A stretch of 64,000 nucleotides of DNA from Botryllus schlosseri (taxonomy: Eukaryota): the NCBI GenBank assembly GCA_051294905.1, contig CM119374.1, positions 14,446,001-14,510,000 of the forward strand, written 5' to 3'. Under the pieces are notes generated by a model. It did no database searches. It was given only the letters and a program-made list of their open reading frames with translations, and was not told where the DNA came from. The stretch's first letter is position 1, and every line of letters begins with the position of its first letter. Of this stretch, positions 34,172 through 48,358 are shown piece after piece. The translations under genes were made by a program, and so were the position numbers.

Positions 34172-35014
34172 TTCTCTTCGGCCAAGGTTTTCTCGCTGCC
34201 GATCGTTCTGGTACTGTTCTCGGACTCGTATGTTACAGGGCCTACAACTTCATATGTCTTAGTGCGTCGTGGCGCGTTAATGGTCGACGTCGAAATGTCC
34301 ATTTCTATAAATTAAGCGTTTTTTTTTGGGGGGGGGAGGGGTGGAAGAAACTATATTTGGCAACACTAAATCACGCGTAGCATGAAGTTGCATGAATTTC
34401 CCCCCAAAAAACTCAATAATTTAGTTGATTCACGAAATAATTAGGGCTTGGGGTGAGGCAGTTACGGTCCTGTACCACTACGCCTGACGTGTCGCCTTAA
34501 AAGGTAAAGCAAATAATAATATTTGTTTTAACTACTTCGTGGGTCAGAGCATCCCCGACCTCGCGTTTTACCAAGTGCTGACGTGGCATGATTGCGAGTT
34601 GCACAAAACCCTAAAATGATCAAGAGTCAAGGGGTCACTTCGTTGAAATCATTTGGCGTAGTTTTGTAGTTGTTTGATGTACTGTCTTCTGCGCAAGAGA
34701 ACCCTGTTGGGTCTCGGCAGCAACACGTTTCGAAGTGTCGGAGGCTGATACGCGCTCCTACCCTACGTTGCTGTTCTTACGACGTCTAATACGGAATACG
34801 AATACGGAATACGGCATCATGATAAAAAATATTGGCCTGGTCTAAATGACCATCGTATTCGACAAACACCATAAATAGCACACAGCAATAAAGTGTATTT
34901 TAAAACGTTATACCAGGGATGGGCAAACTGCGGCTCGCGATCCACATGCGGCTCTTTTAGCCTTTAATTGCGACTCTTTTATGATCGTACTGCACAGCAT
35001 GCATTTTGCTAGAG

Positions 35015-36481
35015 CACCGGTTCTCAACCGGGGGTCCGCGAAGCAATTTCAGGGGGTCCGCGAGACTTCTAAATTTTTAAAATGGTTGATAACGTAATTT
35101 TTGTCTTATTTTTTAATTTGAGAAAGCATGAGGCAGTTTTGCACCACAACTGCTAAAACCTCATGTCTCATATCATCATCATAATCGTCTGACATGAACT
35201 ATCATAGTGTGGAAATTCATTTTCATTGCCAATTTTCCAATAACCTGCTGATACAAACATATTGCTGTTTAGAGACGTTTTGTTGATGTTTGTGGAAAAA
35301 ATAAAAATGTGGAGATAGTAACGTCAATCAGGGTGACTTCGTAATGTCTGCGAAACCTTTTCGATTTGAAGTTGTCAGTCTCGTCAAATTAGAGAACAGT
35401 CGTTTAAAATAAAAATTTCCGGAGAATTTCCCTAATTTGTCCCAATGCAGGGATTGAAGTCTCGCCCCGAAATCCACTTTATCCTGTGATATACATAACC
35501 ACTATTTGAGCAGCTTCCTGGAGGTACAGAACTTCAATATACAAGTGAATAGTATATTCATATTGAAATGAACCCGGATATTTTTGGCTGACACTCGTCA
35601 TAAATCGGACAATGATATACCTGCTCTTGAAGCTCGGCTATCAGATTATGGGCATTCTTATTGCGGATGCCCTATCGACAAGGCTGATTTTTTGATGAAC
35701 AAGGAGTGTTTCGTTGCTATCAAAGCATTACGCCCCAACCCTGAAATTCATATCACCAGTTATATTGGTATGCAGCCTTGTCTTGTTAATGTTCAATTGT
35801 TCATGGCCGAAAATGTTTGCTGGTAAATATATATGTAAACCCGATCAGAACAAGTCGTTTCATGGCAGTCTTTCTCAGGTTGGAAAACTTGGATCCATTC
35901 TTTGGCGCATAAAATTTGTCTATACTTTTTGATGAGGATTTCACTTTGACGGTAGAAACTCTCTGCGGGTCGATCAAAATGCCGCCGCGGGCCGAATCTG
36001 GACCGCGGTCCGTATGTTGCCCGTCCCTGCGCTAGATGCTGGACGTGATATATTCATAAAATATATATTTCTTCATTTTGGTGCCATAAATGTTGCGACC
36101 ACGCCAAAAGTATCGTCGGAAGCGTTATGCGTTAATATTGCATTAGCCTCCATTTAGCTTTTCGGAAATGGTTTTCGGCACTCGTTCATATCAAAACGAA
36201 GACGCGGATTTTCAAGACACGACCACGTACTTCAAGAAATACAGCAGCAAAACTAGCTTTGAAATAATAAAAGTTTACCAATTTCTACATAAATGTTATT
36301 GTGTTATTTCAAGACAAATCATTATTTTGCTGTTTATCACAAGCCTACAGTTCATATTTGCACGAGACAGATGAAGGTTACTCCATAATAGAGCTAAAAT
36401 CGAACTAAAACTTGAGGGGGTCCGCGAGGGTCCGTGACGGTCAAAAGGGGTCCGCGAAGCCAGAAAGGTTGAGAACCACTG
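35015..36481 (+). mobile_element. Buster-type hAT MITE
   Basis: TIR CACCGGTTCTCAACC...GGTTGAGAACCACTG, GGGGTCCGCG subterminal repeats, perfect TSD TGCTAGAG. Confidence 0.9.
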
Positions 36482-38112
36482 TGCTAGAGGTTTAACCTGA
36501 TTATAGATAGAATGATAGATGCATTCTATCAGGTATTTACAATATGGATATTATTTTCGTGTTTCCTCTTTCCCAATCGTTTACGTAACACATGTAAAAT
36601 TTCGGGAAAGGTGCCACAACAGGGTTAGAAATTTGCAATTGAACTCACGTATCGAGTTCACAAACCTTTCCCTCGTAAGAATGGGTGACTGGTCAATAGC
36701 GCTATTCAAAAATAACTTTTTTTCTGGATTCCAGCTATTTACTGATTTAATTGTCAGGTTACCCTTGAAAAACGTTGCACGCCAAATTTAGCGCATGAAG
36801 CAGGTCTGCGTACCCCTTCTATAAAAACACTAAAAAAAATTACCTTGATTTACCGCGAAATGTCAGGAAGCAGGGTGGCCACTGGCCAGCCACTTGACAG
36901 TAATATAACATTACCGTCACTCAATGTAAATTTAACTTAAACGTGTCCGTTAATCTAACTTTACACGCCAGACTGTAATGTTACAGTCACCTCAGGTATA
37001 TTCAATCCACATTTTCTTCTGTACGTTTACGACCGAGACTGTAATTCTACCTACCTACCTACAACCCTATATGCTGTCCTTGAAAATCAAATTGCATGCC
37101 AGGTTGTAACTTCATGTAGCCTACATCCATACCTATCCCAAAGCAACGCGATACCAAAACACCGCAAACGTTTCTTCGCGCTCTCAAGACGACATTTGGA
37201 AAACTGTATATTCATTCATGATTCACGATGAAAATGTATTGCTGCTGGAGGTCTAATTCTTGTTTAGGAGGCATGCAAATATAGCACGAGTGGTCCCAAG
37301 AAAAGGTGAATTAATTCCACCGCCGGATAAACTTCCAATTGTTTCTTTTTCTTGTCTTCATTCTTTCTGTGTGACTAGTATCTTGCAGTTCCCCTAAAAA
37401 TAATTCATGTGTAACTCGCTGCACTAAGCTAAGTTGCTAACCTAGACATGACTTATAAATAGGCTAACAAAAATAGAACAAGTCTTGAAGTACCGGTACT
37501 GGTACATTGTGAGTTGACGACTCCTCATTTGACATGATATGGCAGAGATTCATGACTTCAATGATCAATGTATTGAAAGAAAAGGTGCCTCATTTGATGC
37601 GGCATGTGAGCCAAACATATCGAGCAGGGGATGAAAACATATCTAAGCTATGACCCGATAAATGTCAATAACAAGCTAACAGTTTCAACTACTCCGCGGC
37701 AGAATATGTGGTGTCGCAGGTCATTATACAAGTCGACTACCCAAAATAGAACAGAGAATGGGGCGACTGAAATATTTAAATCGTGAAACCAAAGTCATCT
37801 GGGTGGTGTGCACAGTCGTAGATATTCAAGGTAACTAAAACTATACAGTAATGTACCTTTTACTATGCGCATCCCATTCATCAGTCCTGGGAATCTTCAA
37901 TGAAATTCTCTACTTTTTTCAATCACAAGTCACAAGCTTCGCACCGTCAGCCTTTGCATGCTCAAAGCTGAACACGACACGCAGGCGACTTTGAAATAAG
38001 TGATATTCATCCGCTCACATATGCCACCAATAATATTTACTGTCCACGTTATAATGTTCAATCTAGGTTGGTTTTTCATACAGAAACATCTATCAACACA
38101 TATAGTCTAGGC

Positions 38113-39591
38113 CAGAGGTCTCAAACACGCGGTCCGCGGGCCGCATGCGGCCCGCCAAAGCATTTTTTGCGGCCCGCGACGACATTTTAGATTTTTATTG
38201 ATTTCAAAATATTTTAGTGTCACATATATCTTTTCAGGTTAGAAAGTCAAAATCCCCTCTTAAATTGCCCCGAAAGCCTGAAACTATTCGTCAAACTTCA
38301 CTATCACATCAATTGCAAACGCTACCATGCAGTGGGAAATTCACTATTTCGCCACATTTCCAATCCATGATGACAAAACCTGACCGTTAGACGATTCGTG
38401 ACTGGAATATGTGAGTTGGACTTGGACGCGACGTTTCGTAGAATTACTCAGACTCGGGCTAACTCGATGGTGAAACGAAAATGACTCGAGTGGACTCGGA
38501 GTGCCGTGAATTTGTTAGAACCATGGACGCAACAAACTAATCGCGTATCAGGGGAATAGTAATATATCAGAAGGTCGAAGGTGTGTGTATGTGTGTTTAA
38601 GTATTCATGGTGTTTGTCGACTACTATGGTCATTTCTTCTTATTTTCTGTAACTGCCGACTTATAGCACGGCCCACCTCTAGGCTTTCGTAAGACACCGC
38701 TGACGCGGATGAGGTGGCGAGGAGGAGCCTGGGCAAACCTCCAACACTTAAGTATCGGAATTCGGAAGTCGACCTCGGTCGGACTCGAACCCGCACCCAT
38801 TGGTGTTGCAGCCGCGGATGATACCACTGCGCTATCTCGCCACCGGCTATCTCGCAGCTTGGTATTTCGCTAACTAAGCAAGTAGTTATTGCAACCATTG
38901 GCAATCTGTCAGTTACATCTTTGGTCGCAAACCATGTTATTAAGGCCACTTACAGGTATACCGAGTACCGTAGCGGTACGCTCCAACGATGTAACAACAA
39001 TGGGCCGTTCGGCGTTCCGACATTTCAATCACTAGGACTCATTCATCAATATATTTATAGTATATTTATATTTGTTTCTGCTCCTATATTTGAAGATATT
39101 TGGTCATGAGATTAATAGCCTACTTATCGAAAGTATATCCGAATCCTGGATTGGAATTACAATGGTCAACCTAAAAATGTTTTGACATCAGATCAGTCTC
39201 TATTATCAATCTGTTAAATTCAAAATATTCATAGTAGCTGCAAAATTATAACCCGATAGCTTTTATGATGGCATCATTCATTTGTCTGCCCATATGGTGT
39301 CTATATGTTATAATTAATATATGTCAAGTACAACAACAATTCTATTCAAATAGTTATAAATGTGATTACTCTTTTTTTGCCAGGCCTAAATTTATACAAG
39401 AGTAAATCACATTTTGATGATGTGTGTTTACTGATAGTCTGCTGGATCGGCTCACTTTCAATAGGACAATTCATTCCCGCCAAATAAGGCATACTTGGAA
39501 AGACAGAGAATACCCCTATACATGTTGCGGCCCGCGGCGTCGTCAAAATTGGAAAACTGGCCCGCGAGCACATTTGAGTTTGAGACCTCTG
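38113..39591 (+). mobile_element. hAT MITE (CAGAGGTCTCAAAC family)
   Basis: 14-bp perfect TIR, GCGGCCCGC subterminal motifs, perfect TSD GTCTAGGC. Confidence 0.92.
38600..38844 (-). mobile_element. tRNA-derived SINE (Pol III A and B boxes); degraded second copy at about 47760-47990
   Basis: Minus strand TAGCGCAGTGG ... GGTTCGAGTCC. The body TCATGGT...CGACTAC.ATGGTCATT is shared with 47768. Confidence 0.75.
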
Positions 39592-42500
39592 GTCTAGGCT
39601 TACCATATTTTGGAAATCTAAAAAGAGGACACTTTTTCAGAAATTTGAGACTTACAAAGCCGGAGAAGAATTCTCAAAAACCGGTGAATTTTTCCCACTT
39701 TGTGATCGGTTGACTAAAAAAAAAGTCATCTTTCCGACCAGAGCTAAAATCACCCTTATTCACTCCTAAATACCCGCCGGAGCGTCACTTCCGTGCTTAT
39801 TTACGGCATATCACTCGCAATTTGCTCTAAATCTGACCTAAATTTTCAAAAAAGAGGACAAAATCTCAAAAAAGAGGACGTATGGTAACCCTAATATAGT
39901 CCCTTTCTTTCGCATCGTATATATTGATATTTATTACTCCATGTGTGGTTCCCTACTTACTTACCTAACCGGACGCCGCTTGTGATGTCACAGTCGCACG
40001 TTGGTTGTTTACTACGAATCTCAGAAAACCCCGCAACGCGTACACCAAGGTAACCTATTATAGGTCGCCGTGTCCGCCATTAATAAATGGTCAACTGAGC
40101 CTGCCGTGCTGTTATTTCTAGTTTCAGGAATAAGATGATATATCCTAAACTGATTTTTGTAACTCATCAGCCCTATATGTGACAACAGATCTAACCGCCG
40201 AGACCGACCCCGTGTAGCCAAAGCCTTATAATATAATGTCTATGGTGTAACTACATTGTCAGCTGTTTCTTGCACCCAACTACAACTATACACTATACCG
40301 AAATTGGTACTAGGGTCAACCAGTTTCGTGTGACCTAACCCTGTCTCGCGAACGAGGTTGAATCAGGTCAAATCGCAGCAAGAATGATATCACAGTGACA
40401 TGCACTTCCACGTATACATTAGCTGCTGGGGCTTGGAAGCTATTCAATTTTGCCAATAGCTTGGTAAAATGCCGTAGCGAGTAACCGTCAGTAACCTTGC
40501 GAAGAAATTCTGGTAACTTGACTTAGCAGCTAAATTTATTTAATATTACATATCAAAATGTAAAATGACAAGCTACACGCTGCTATTGGCTGCGACCGGT
40601 AATTCGTTGTAAAATTTACAGAAATTTCTTTGTAAATCTACCAGATTTTTTTGTGTGTAGCCATCTCAAACAGTCATTTGTTGCACAGAATCTATTTGAT
40701 AGACTTGAAAGTTTCAGAAAACGAACAGCAGTACCATACTAAACGTGCGTCAGCAGAAATTTTTGGACTTTCTCAATTATGCCGCCGAGTTTGACGAATC
40801 GCCGAAAAATGTGAGTGAGGTCTACCTGGTAATGAATGATTTTATTAAAAAAGTAGCATGAGCAATGGGATCGCTCATTCGGTAAGTCAAACATTCCGTG
40901 ATCGTTAGTAGCCGGACTATGCCCATGATCGCCGCCTATTAGTGTTCTCGAATAATTAGTGGAAATGTATAAGTATAGTGTTTCTGGTGAAAACCAACTG
41001 TGTTCACTAAGACATCTCTCTCAATCGATACAAGAATACCCGCCGTATACCTCGCCGCATGAGTTGCATTTGACGTGGGTCTGTGAAAATGCAATGCAAC
41101 CTTTGCATCTGTTTAAACAACACATTATTTCAAGTCACCAAGTCAAACATTTGATAGCGTCGAATATTTCATACGCGTTCGTACACGAGTCATGGTATTG
41201 TGACCGGGGCGTGGGGGAGCTGATGTAAAATCCAAGACTTAGAGGTCAAGAACAAACTCTGTTACATCGGTCTTGCCGTTTCATGAGCCTTCTTCTACCT
41301 GTTCATTACATCGCATTGTGTCTTGTGTATCGCATTATACCTTGTGTGTGTCTTGAACGGATGAAAATAATACAACCTCAATATTTTTATCCTATCGATG
41401 CAACTTGACATATTATAACGAGCAGATTTCGGCCGGCTCTGCAGAGAAATATTCGATCGATAACCCGAGAACGTTGTTTCTAAATTCTAAGGTAGGTTTG
41501 CGTTTTCGTTTACCACCAATTGGGCATGAACACACAATAACATCTGCCGGATCATCGCATGTACAAATGTCCAGGTGTTACAGAGAACGCAGAACAATGT
41601 TCGCAATAACAATCATGCGCAAAAAGGGGACATTTCGGCATTTTCGAGCGTCCGCGGAGAACCATTCACTTTTCATGAGAAAGGGGCACAAATCCTCCTA
41701 AAAGAGTACATATGATAGGCCTAACTAAATTATTATCTAAATGTCACATTTGATTAGCATACACCTCGTCACATGACCTTGTGTAATCGACGGGCTTCCG
41801 TCTCTGAATATACGAGAGGGAAAATGACCCGACTAAACAGCGTCCGAATGTTAAGGTATAGGGGTAGTCGTTTATATTGATAGTTACGTTTACTTTTCAG
41901 TATCGAAGAAAACGATTGCCAGATGTTATCAACATCGGCGTGGAAAAGTGCGGGACGGGGTTTTGGAGATATATCCTACAACGGCATCCGATGTTGTCAT
42001 TTCCCGAAGTCGCGGAATCATAATTCTTCACCTACAATTGGGACAAGGGTGTTCAATTTTACATGTGAGTTCTAAAGGGCCCCTGTCGTAAAACAGATCA
42101 TGATGTCCTCGGCTTGACTTATCCGAAACGATGCTAGAGTTCTTCATCTTGAATAGCCACAAGAATCTTGCGTAATTAAACATACGGTTACCGAGTACCG
42201 ACAGTTAAGCATGGGACACTTTTGTATCGTCACTCAGCATGTAACATAATAACCCTAGAACTAACCGTAACCACAAACATAACCCTGAAATTAACCTTCA
42301 TATATATCTTAACTCAAACTATAACCCCAGCCCACCCCAAACGCATAATTTAATCCGCACGTCGAAGCGTCGTAAGAGCATGCCCATTGCCCATTGCTAA
42401 ATGCTCAAATTTCCACGGACCAATATGAATATCTCAGTATTAATTCTAGTGATTCGAGTACTGCGATGAGTTGTAAAACTGGGATTGTAGGCTACTCTTT

Positions 42501-45500
42501 GTGGTGGCATATAGGGTATGTATTTGAAGATTTCACATCATTCATCCTGGCGATGCATCAATATTACAATAATAAATTCAAATAGGTTCCTTGTGGTACA
42601 GAATTTGAATATTGCAACGAACAACACATTCATATTCGCAATTTATTCACTATAAGCTTTTCAACTGACCCTCGTCGGTAGTGGCCGTCAGTATAATGCG
42701 GAGATTGCAATTCGAAATGTAAAGATGAAATAGGTAGTGTGTCGTAAGAATGGTATAACAACAACAACAACGAGAGATTTCACAAAACGACGAGAGCGTT
42801 AAGCAAAAATGCAATTAGTGCAATGCAAATAAGCTATAATATATAGCCAGAGACGCAACGCTAATGAAATACACGCAGGTAGTAGAGTCGGTCCTTTTGC
42901 CGACAAAGAATCGGTTGCTCGAGTTTTATTATAGTCGATTCGAGAATTCGAAAATGAATGTGAGCGAGGGTTGTGAGTACCGAATGCTTCTGCGTGACAC
43001 GCGAAATAGTCGGGTGGCAACTAAAGCCGCGGGAACCTGTGTAATCTTGGCGGTCGGTAACGCCAGTATACGAATTAAACACAGCCTTTTACTCCAAATG
43101 ATTGAATACACTAGCACAAATGGAAGCACGCATAGGAATAGGAACGTAGGCCCGCAGAAATGTGCGAGAAGTACAGTAGGTCCGTCTGCGTACACAGGCA
43201 AAGACTAGGATTTATAACAATGCTTTGCGAGAATCTTCACAACCATGAAGTGCCGAATTCACCCGAATTTACCAAGCGCCGAATTCACCAAGTGTCCTAT
43301 TCATTGGTAACCAAATATAAAAGTCAATGAGTCATGCAAGAATTACTGAAACGGGATGTCTTCAGTAGGCTAGGATATAATTTGACAACAGTGGATCTTA
43401 TTTTTGTCCTAGTGATCATCATCTTTCTGTATTGACCTTGTCAGGGACCAGATGCCAGAAGCTGCACAATATCACAAAGTAGCAGAAAAGACACCAAGTT
43501 ACTTCAATTTTGTGTCAAATGATGTTCCTGAAAGAGTGAAGTCGGTAGTTCCGAACGCGCTACTTGTGGTGATATTATGCGATCCAGTGAACAGGACGTA
43601 TTCGGATTTCGTTCACGAAGTAAGGTCTCTGCGTGTATAGGCCTATTGTCGCACAGTGTAGGCCTACCTGCCTTTGCCAGTCGAACACGGTTTCAATTAC
43701 CCATTTGCCAAGTCTGAATATGGGATCACATTATAGCTTATGACAATATTGACACTTGCAAAGCAGATTAATTGACATAATATAATGACTTGCAGTTTTG
43801 TTAGCAGTTAAGCTACTTATTCTTCTACTAAGTATAGCAATATTGATGACTTTGACCAACTGTGATATTACGTGAATGTACTAATCACTGAATTACTGTT
43901 CGCGTATAATAGGGCGTCCAAACCCCCACGGTCGTGTCCTATGCATCGCATAATGAAAGGCCAAGTACTTACTATAAATAAACTGGCAATATAGCCAATC
44001 TCGCATCGAAAGTCTCGCTTGGTATGGTCTGAATGCCCAATGCCCATTGTTCATTGTTACGTTCGTGTTTGATCGGTAAATTGCGAGATACTGGCCTAAG
44101 ATGCCACTTGATGATAATAACAATAGGATTTCCTCCAGAGTCCACTCACTACTATACGTGCTTGGGCCTCGTACAGACACAAAAAATGCAAGCAAGTATT
44201 GCGCGTAGAGCACGAAATGGTTTAAAAACAGACACCGCGATGTTACCTTCTTTCACCCGTTTATATTCAGATTATAATGAACAGCGTTCCGGAAGGTAGT
44301 GATTTTGATTCTTACATCGCTGGAATACTCAACGAAACGAAGAAACTTTTGGAGGCCCAGGACGACGATGATGTGATCGATATAATTTTCCAATCTCTTT
44401 CGGGAAATCCAAAGCATATGCTGTCTACAGGGCTGTATTACTATCATGTGCGAAGGTATGGGATTAGGGGAAATGCACTGGCTTTTGGAAAGCGTGTGCA
44501 TGTGCACTGTGCAGTGCATGAGTGATTCAGTACGAGCAAGGTCATACCCTTTGTCAGTATCAAGAGTTTTGATAATGAAAAATCAAAGTGCAATAATTTG
44601 ATTGCAAGGCATCTGAATTGACTCCACAGCAAACTTCCAGTTTCATAAAAAATTGGTACGTATCAGATGTTAATGAACCAACCTAAACCAGAGAGTAGGC
44701 TGCCATAATACATTCGTACGTACAATCCGTCGATAAGCACGAAGCTAGCGAGAAGACAATGTTCGTTTTATTATAGGTGGCTTCGTGTATTTGATCGAAA
44801 GCAGATGTTCTTTATAGACGGCGAAGAACTCGTAACTGATCCCGGGAAAGTATTTGAAGAGGTGACTGCATTGATTTTCTGTCTGCAGTTACTTTCTATT
44901 AGCTACCACAGCCATAGAAGCGCTAATTATCGTTGAAGTTCGAGCTTGTAGGTAAGTGGTTCTTACCTTTACCAACGTGCTGCGGAACTAGGGTTGCAAT
45001 GAAAACAAATGGTTGTTTTAAAACACTTTGTTCAAAACATGTTTTAATAGAAAGCATGTTTTAAGCGGTGCTATAAAAAGGCCTGGTAAACTGTTCAACA
45101 CAATTTGTGAAAGTCATTTGTTTTGAAATTGTGTTAAACTGTTTAAAACAGGTTTTAGGTTTTGCTTCCTCCGCGAGATTTACGGCGGGTTACTGTACTA
45201 ATAAACCGACTGTAAACCGCTGTATATCTCTGTCGGTAGCCCATATTTGTAGTCCGATATCCGATATATAAGTTTCATCACTATCACCGTTACTAATTCT
45301 TGGTGAAATTGTGGACTTTCTTACTACTAGAAGCGAATTAGGTATCCAGCGTTTTCCAAGCCTAATTTATTTATATCTGACCAGTTGCCAAAAAGGTTGA
45401 TTACCGGTCACAGCGTCATACAGTACATCACATGAGAATATTGCCATTCTACACTTTAGCATAAGCCGTATAGGTTGAAACATATTTTACGCTATATCTC

Positions 45501-47065
45501 TGTCATCAAAGTAACCCGATTGTGCTGTTTCCTTCCTGCTAACTTGTTTGAAAGTAAAACCAGCAGCGCGTGAAGCACGGCATAATTAGAAACTCTATTC
45601 CTATTGAAACTTTCGCAGTCCTGAGAACTTGGGCCAAGTGTTAGAAATGTTCAGCTTGGCCAGGTGTTAGAAATGTTCAGCTTACCGACGCGTGTCTGAT
45701 ATAATGTCTGACACGAAACATTTGACATTGAGCTATAAACTGATATCGTAACATGCGCGATTGCAAGTGATATATTTCTGAAAATAATGCTAAACGTGCA
45801 TTGCGGTCGTACTCTACAGCTAGCATACGATTCGCACTTCGGTCAGTAGCCAAGTGAAAGATGTATTGGTCCGACATCTTGCTCAATGCGAATTCGATTG
45901 CAGATTTATATTGCGCGATAAATGAGTACCCGTACCTATAGGCTACTCTTCACAAATGATATTTTTTGCTGTCGGAACTTGCATTTAAGGGAAATTAATC
46001 GCTACTGTTACAGCTTCAAGATTTTATGGGAGTTCCTAAGCTGCTCTTGAAAGAGGATTTCGGAAAAGGTCCTCATGGATTTTATTGTCTTCGTCCCCCC
46101 AAAGTTGCGAATGTGGATGGGAGTCGAACTGTCGTGAACGAAAAGCTAGATTGCCTGCCGCAACGCGCCAAAGGTCGCACGAGGTTCGGGAACTCGGGGC
46201 ATGAACCATCTGCAAAAACAATTACTCAATTACGCCAATTCTTCCAACCTTACAACGGGAAACTGTACAAACTCTTAGAAAGAAGATTTGACTGGCAATA
46301 ATGACTTTGCTCCCTTATCTCATAAACAGCATGACGTCCCGTCCCACGGGGTACCGGGCGATTGTACCACCTATTATTCAGTGCTATAGCAATATTAAAA
46401 ACAACATATTGTCGTAGTCGCGAGCACTGACGATAGCGAAATCGCTATATTTCCTGTGCCTTGCATGTAGTTTCCAAGCGGGGTGTACGTACATATATCT
46501 TGCACCAGTAACGCTCATAACTAGCCAACTAAATTACCTATTCTCTTAAAGCTGCTCAATATAAAGAAATCGAAGATTTGACTATTTTATTTATATTACT
46601 CATCGAAATGAGTGAGCACATAGGCCACAGGGCTTTGGGTTTGCACTATGGTTTTCCTCTTATAAAAGTGATATAACAATCTGTATCTGTATGTGAACTC
46701 TACACCAAGTCGTCGAAAATTGTTAATAACCAGTTCTTCAAATCGTTATCAGGGTATTTGGATCTTCATTACTTGGCAACATGAATCGCATCGACCTTTG
46801 CTTCTTGTTATTAGATTTTACCGGATTATAGGCTTGCTCTATATGCGTCCGCTTTATGACTGTGAGACCAGCACTTAGTATTCCTATCGCCTGGTCGTAA
46901 CTAAAACATTTCGATGGTAGCTCATTAATTACGGCTTCGTCAGAAATACTGTTGGTGGGAAGGATGACAATAACTCAGAGCACTCGATATGCCTCGCTTT
47001 CAAGACACACACCCGTCCGTTTCCAAATTGTGTCAGAGGCGCTGCAACGGCCTGCGGACATATGG

Positions 47066-47391
47066 TAGGCTTACCATATTTTGGAAATCTAAAAAGAGGA
47101 CAGAAGAATTCTCAAAAACCGGTAAATTTTTCCCACTTCGTGATCGGTTGACTAAAAAAAAAAAAAAGGTCATCTTTTCCCTCAGAGCTAAAATCACCGT
47201 TTTTCACTCCGAAATACCCGCCGGAGCTTAACTTCTGTGCTAATTTGCGGCAATTTCCTCTAAATCCGATTAAATTTTCAAAAGAGGACAAAATCTCAAA
47301 AAAGAGGACAAAAGGGCGTCCTCCGAGGACACTTTCAAAAAAGTAAAAAAAGAGGACAAATCCTCTTAAAAGAGGACGTATGGTAAGCCTA
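47066..47391 (+). mobile_element. TAGGCTTACCATA-family MITE, intact
   Basis: Perfect 13-bp TIR, TSD ACATATGG. Confidence 0.92.
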
Positions 47392-48358
47392 ACATATGGG
47401 CAATGGGCATTGGGTATGTGACACTTTAACTTGTGGGTTAAAGCAAGGGTTAGGGCGAGGTGGGGTTGTCGGTTGGGTTTGGCTTGTATAGGGATGTGAT
47501 TAAAAACCTGTTTATGGTCACGACCCGACTTCCGATTTCAAAATGCTCCGCCTCTCACCTCTATAGATTTGGTAAGTTGATTACTCCTAAAATGTTATTG
47601 CCTTCGCCCAGGCGTGATCACGACCCATTTGTAAAGCTGCTAACTAGAAATGGTCAGCATTTTCGCGACTACCTTGGGTTGCGTTGAAAACGTGTTTTGG
47701 GGTTTCGCTCATGGTTAGCTTCGAGGTGAGACGCTCAAATGTCGAATAATGTCGCTGTTTGTGGTATTCATGGTATAATTCGACTACAATGGTCATTTAC
47801 ACCGGGCCGATATTCTATAGTATGATTCTGCTGACTGCTACAGCACTAACCGCTTCTAAGATTTTCAATACACAGCTTTCGCGGAAACGATGGCGAGGAG
47901 GAGCCTAAATAAACCTGCAACACTTCGGAACAGTTTATGGAGTCGACTTCGGTCGGACTCGTACCCGAAAACCATATTGACGTCGCAGCTGTAGATATAC
48001 GGTTGCATTATAAACAAATGGTGTTATACAACGCCTTTGTCAAAACATGTTTCAAAAAATGCCTTTTAAAAAAAGTAAATTGTTTTTTTAAACGTTGTAT
48101 CATTATACAGGCGGTTTAGATACTTAATCAAATATAGTGGATCTCTATTTGGGATCGTTTGCCCCTTGGGCTGACCAGTTTGTAGTAATCAGCATACAAA
48201 ATTTTGAGGTGGGCCACGGAATATTTTCAAATTGGAAATGGAGTCTAGACCGTAAATGGTTTGAAACCACCGAATGTGTAAACATGTGACATGAACATGA
48301 GTTAGCGAAGTAAAGTTACGTTCCCTGCATTTTCAAAGTTCTCATCTCCACCAGCTAT

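Larger units (their letters stand above)
38108..39893 (+). mobile_element. TAGGCTTACCATA-family MITE (body 39595-39893), split 5 bp from its left end by the 38113-39591 MITE
   Basis: TSD ATATAGTC at 38100-38107 and 39894-39901; AAAGAGGAC repeats. Confidence 0.85.
20905..46301 (+). pseudogene. Heparan sulfate glucosamine 3-O-sulfotransferase-like gene. Exons 20905-21009 (probable), 41901-42064, 43445-43619, 44271-44455, 44777-44861, 46014-46301; in-frame TAA at 42021-42023
   Basis: Phase-consistent GT-AG exons give RLPDVINIGVEKCGTG (5-prime PSB), EKTPSYF, LLVVILCDPVNRTYSDF (3-prime PB), WLRVFDRKQMFFIDGEEL and GFYCL...CL...KGR...FFQPYN...FDW. Exon 1 encodes a type II signal anchor and ends CAG|GTAAGC. 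A possible stem exon at 41426-41491 is weakly supported. Confidence 0.8.

Noticed and set aside
38771-38844. Functional tRNA-Cys gene
   Set aside because: A and B boxes are present but acceptor, D and anticodon stems do not pair; it is a SINE head.
41901-46301. Functional link between the sulfotransferase (3-O-sulfated heparan sulfate is an HSV-1 receptor) and the adjacent virus
   Set aside because: Proximity only; nothing in the sequence supports a link.
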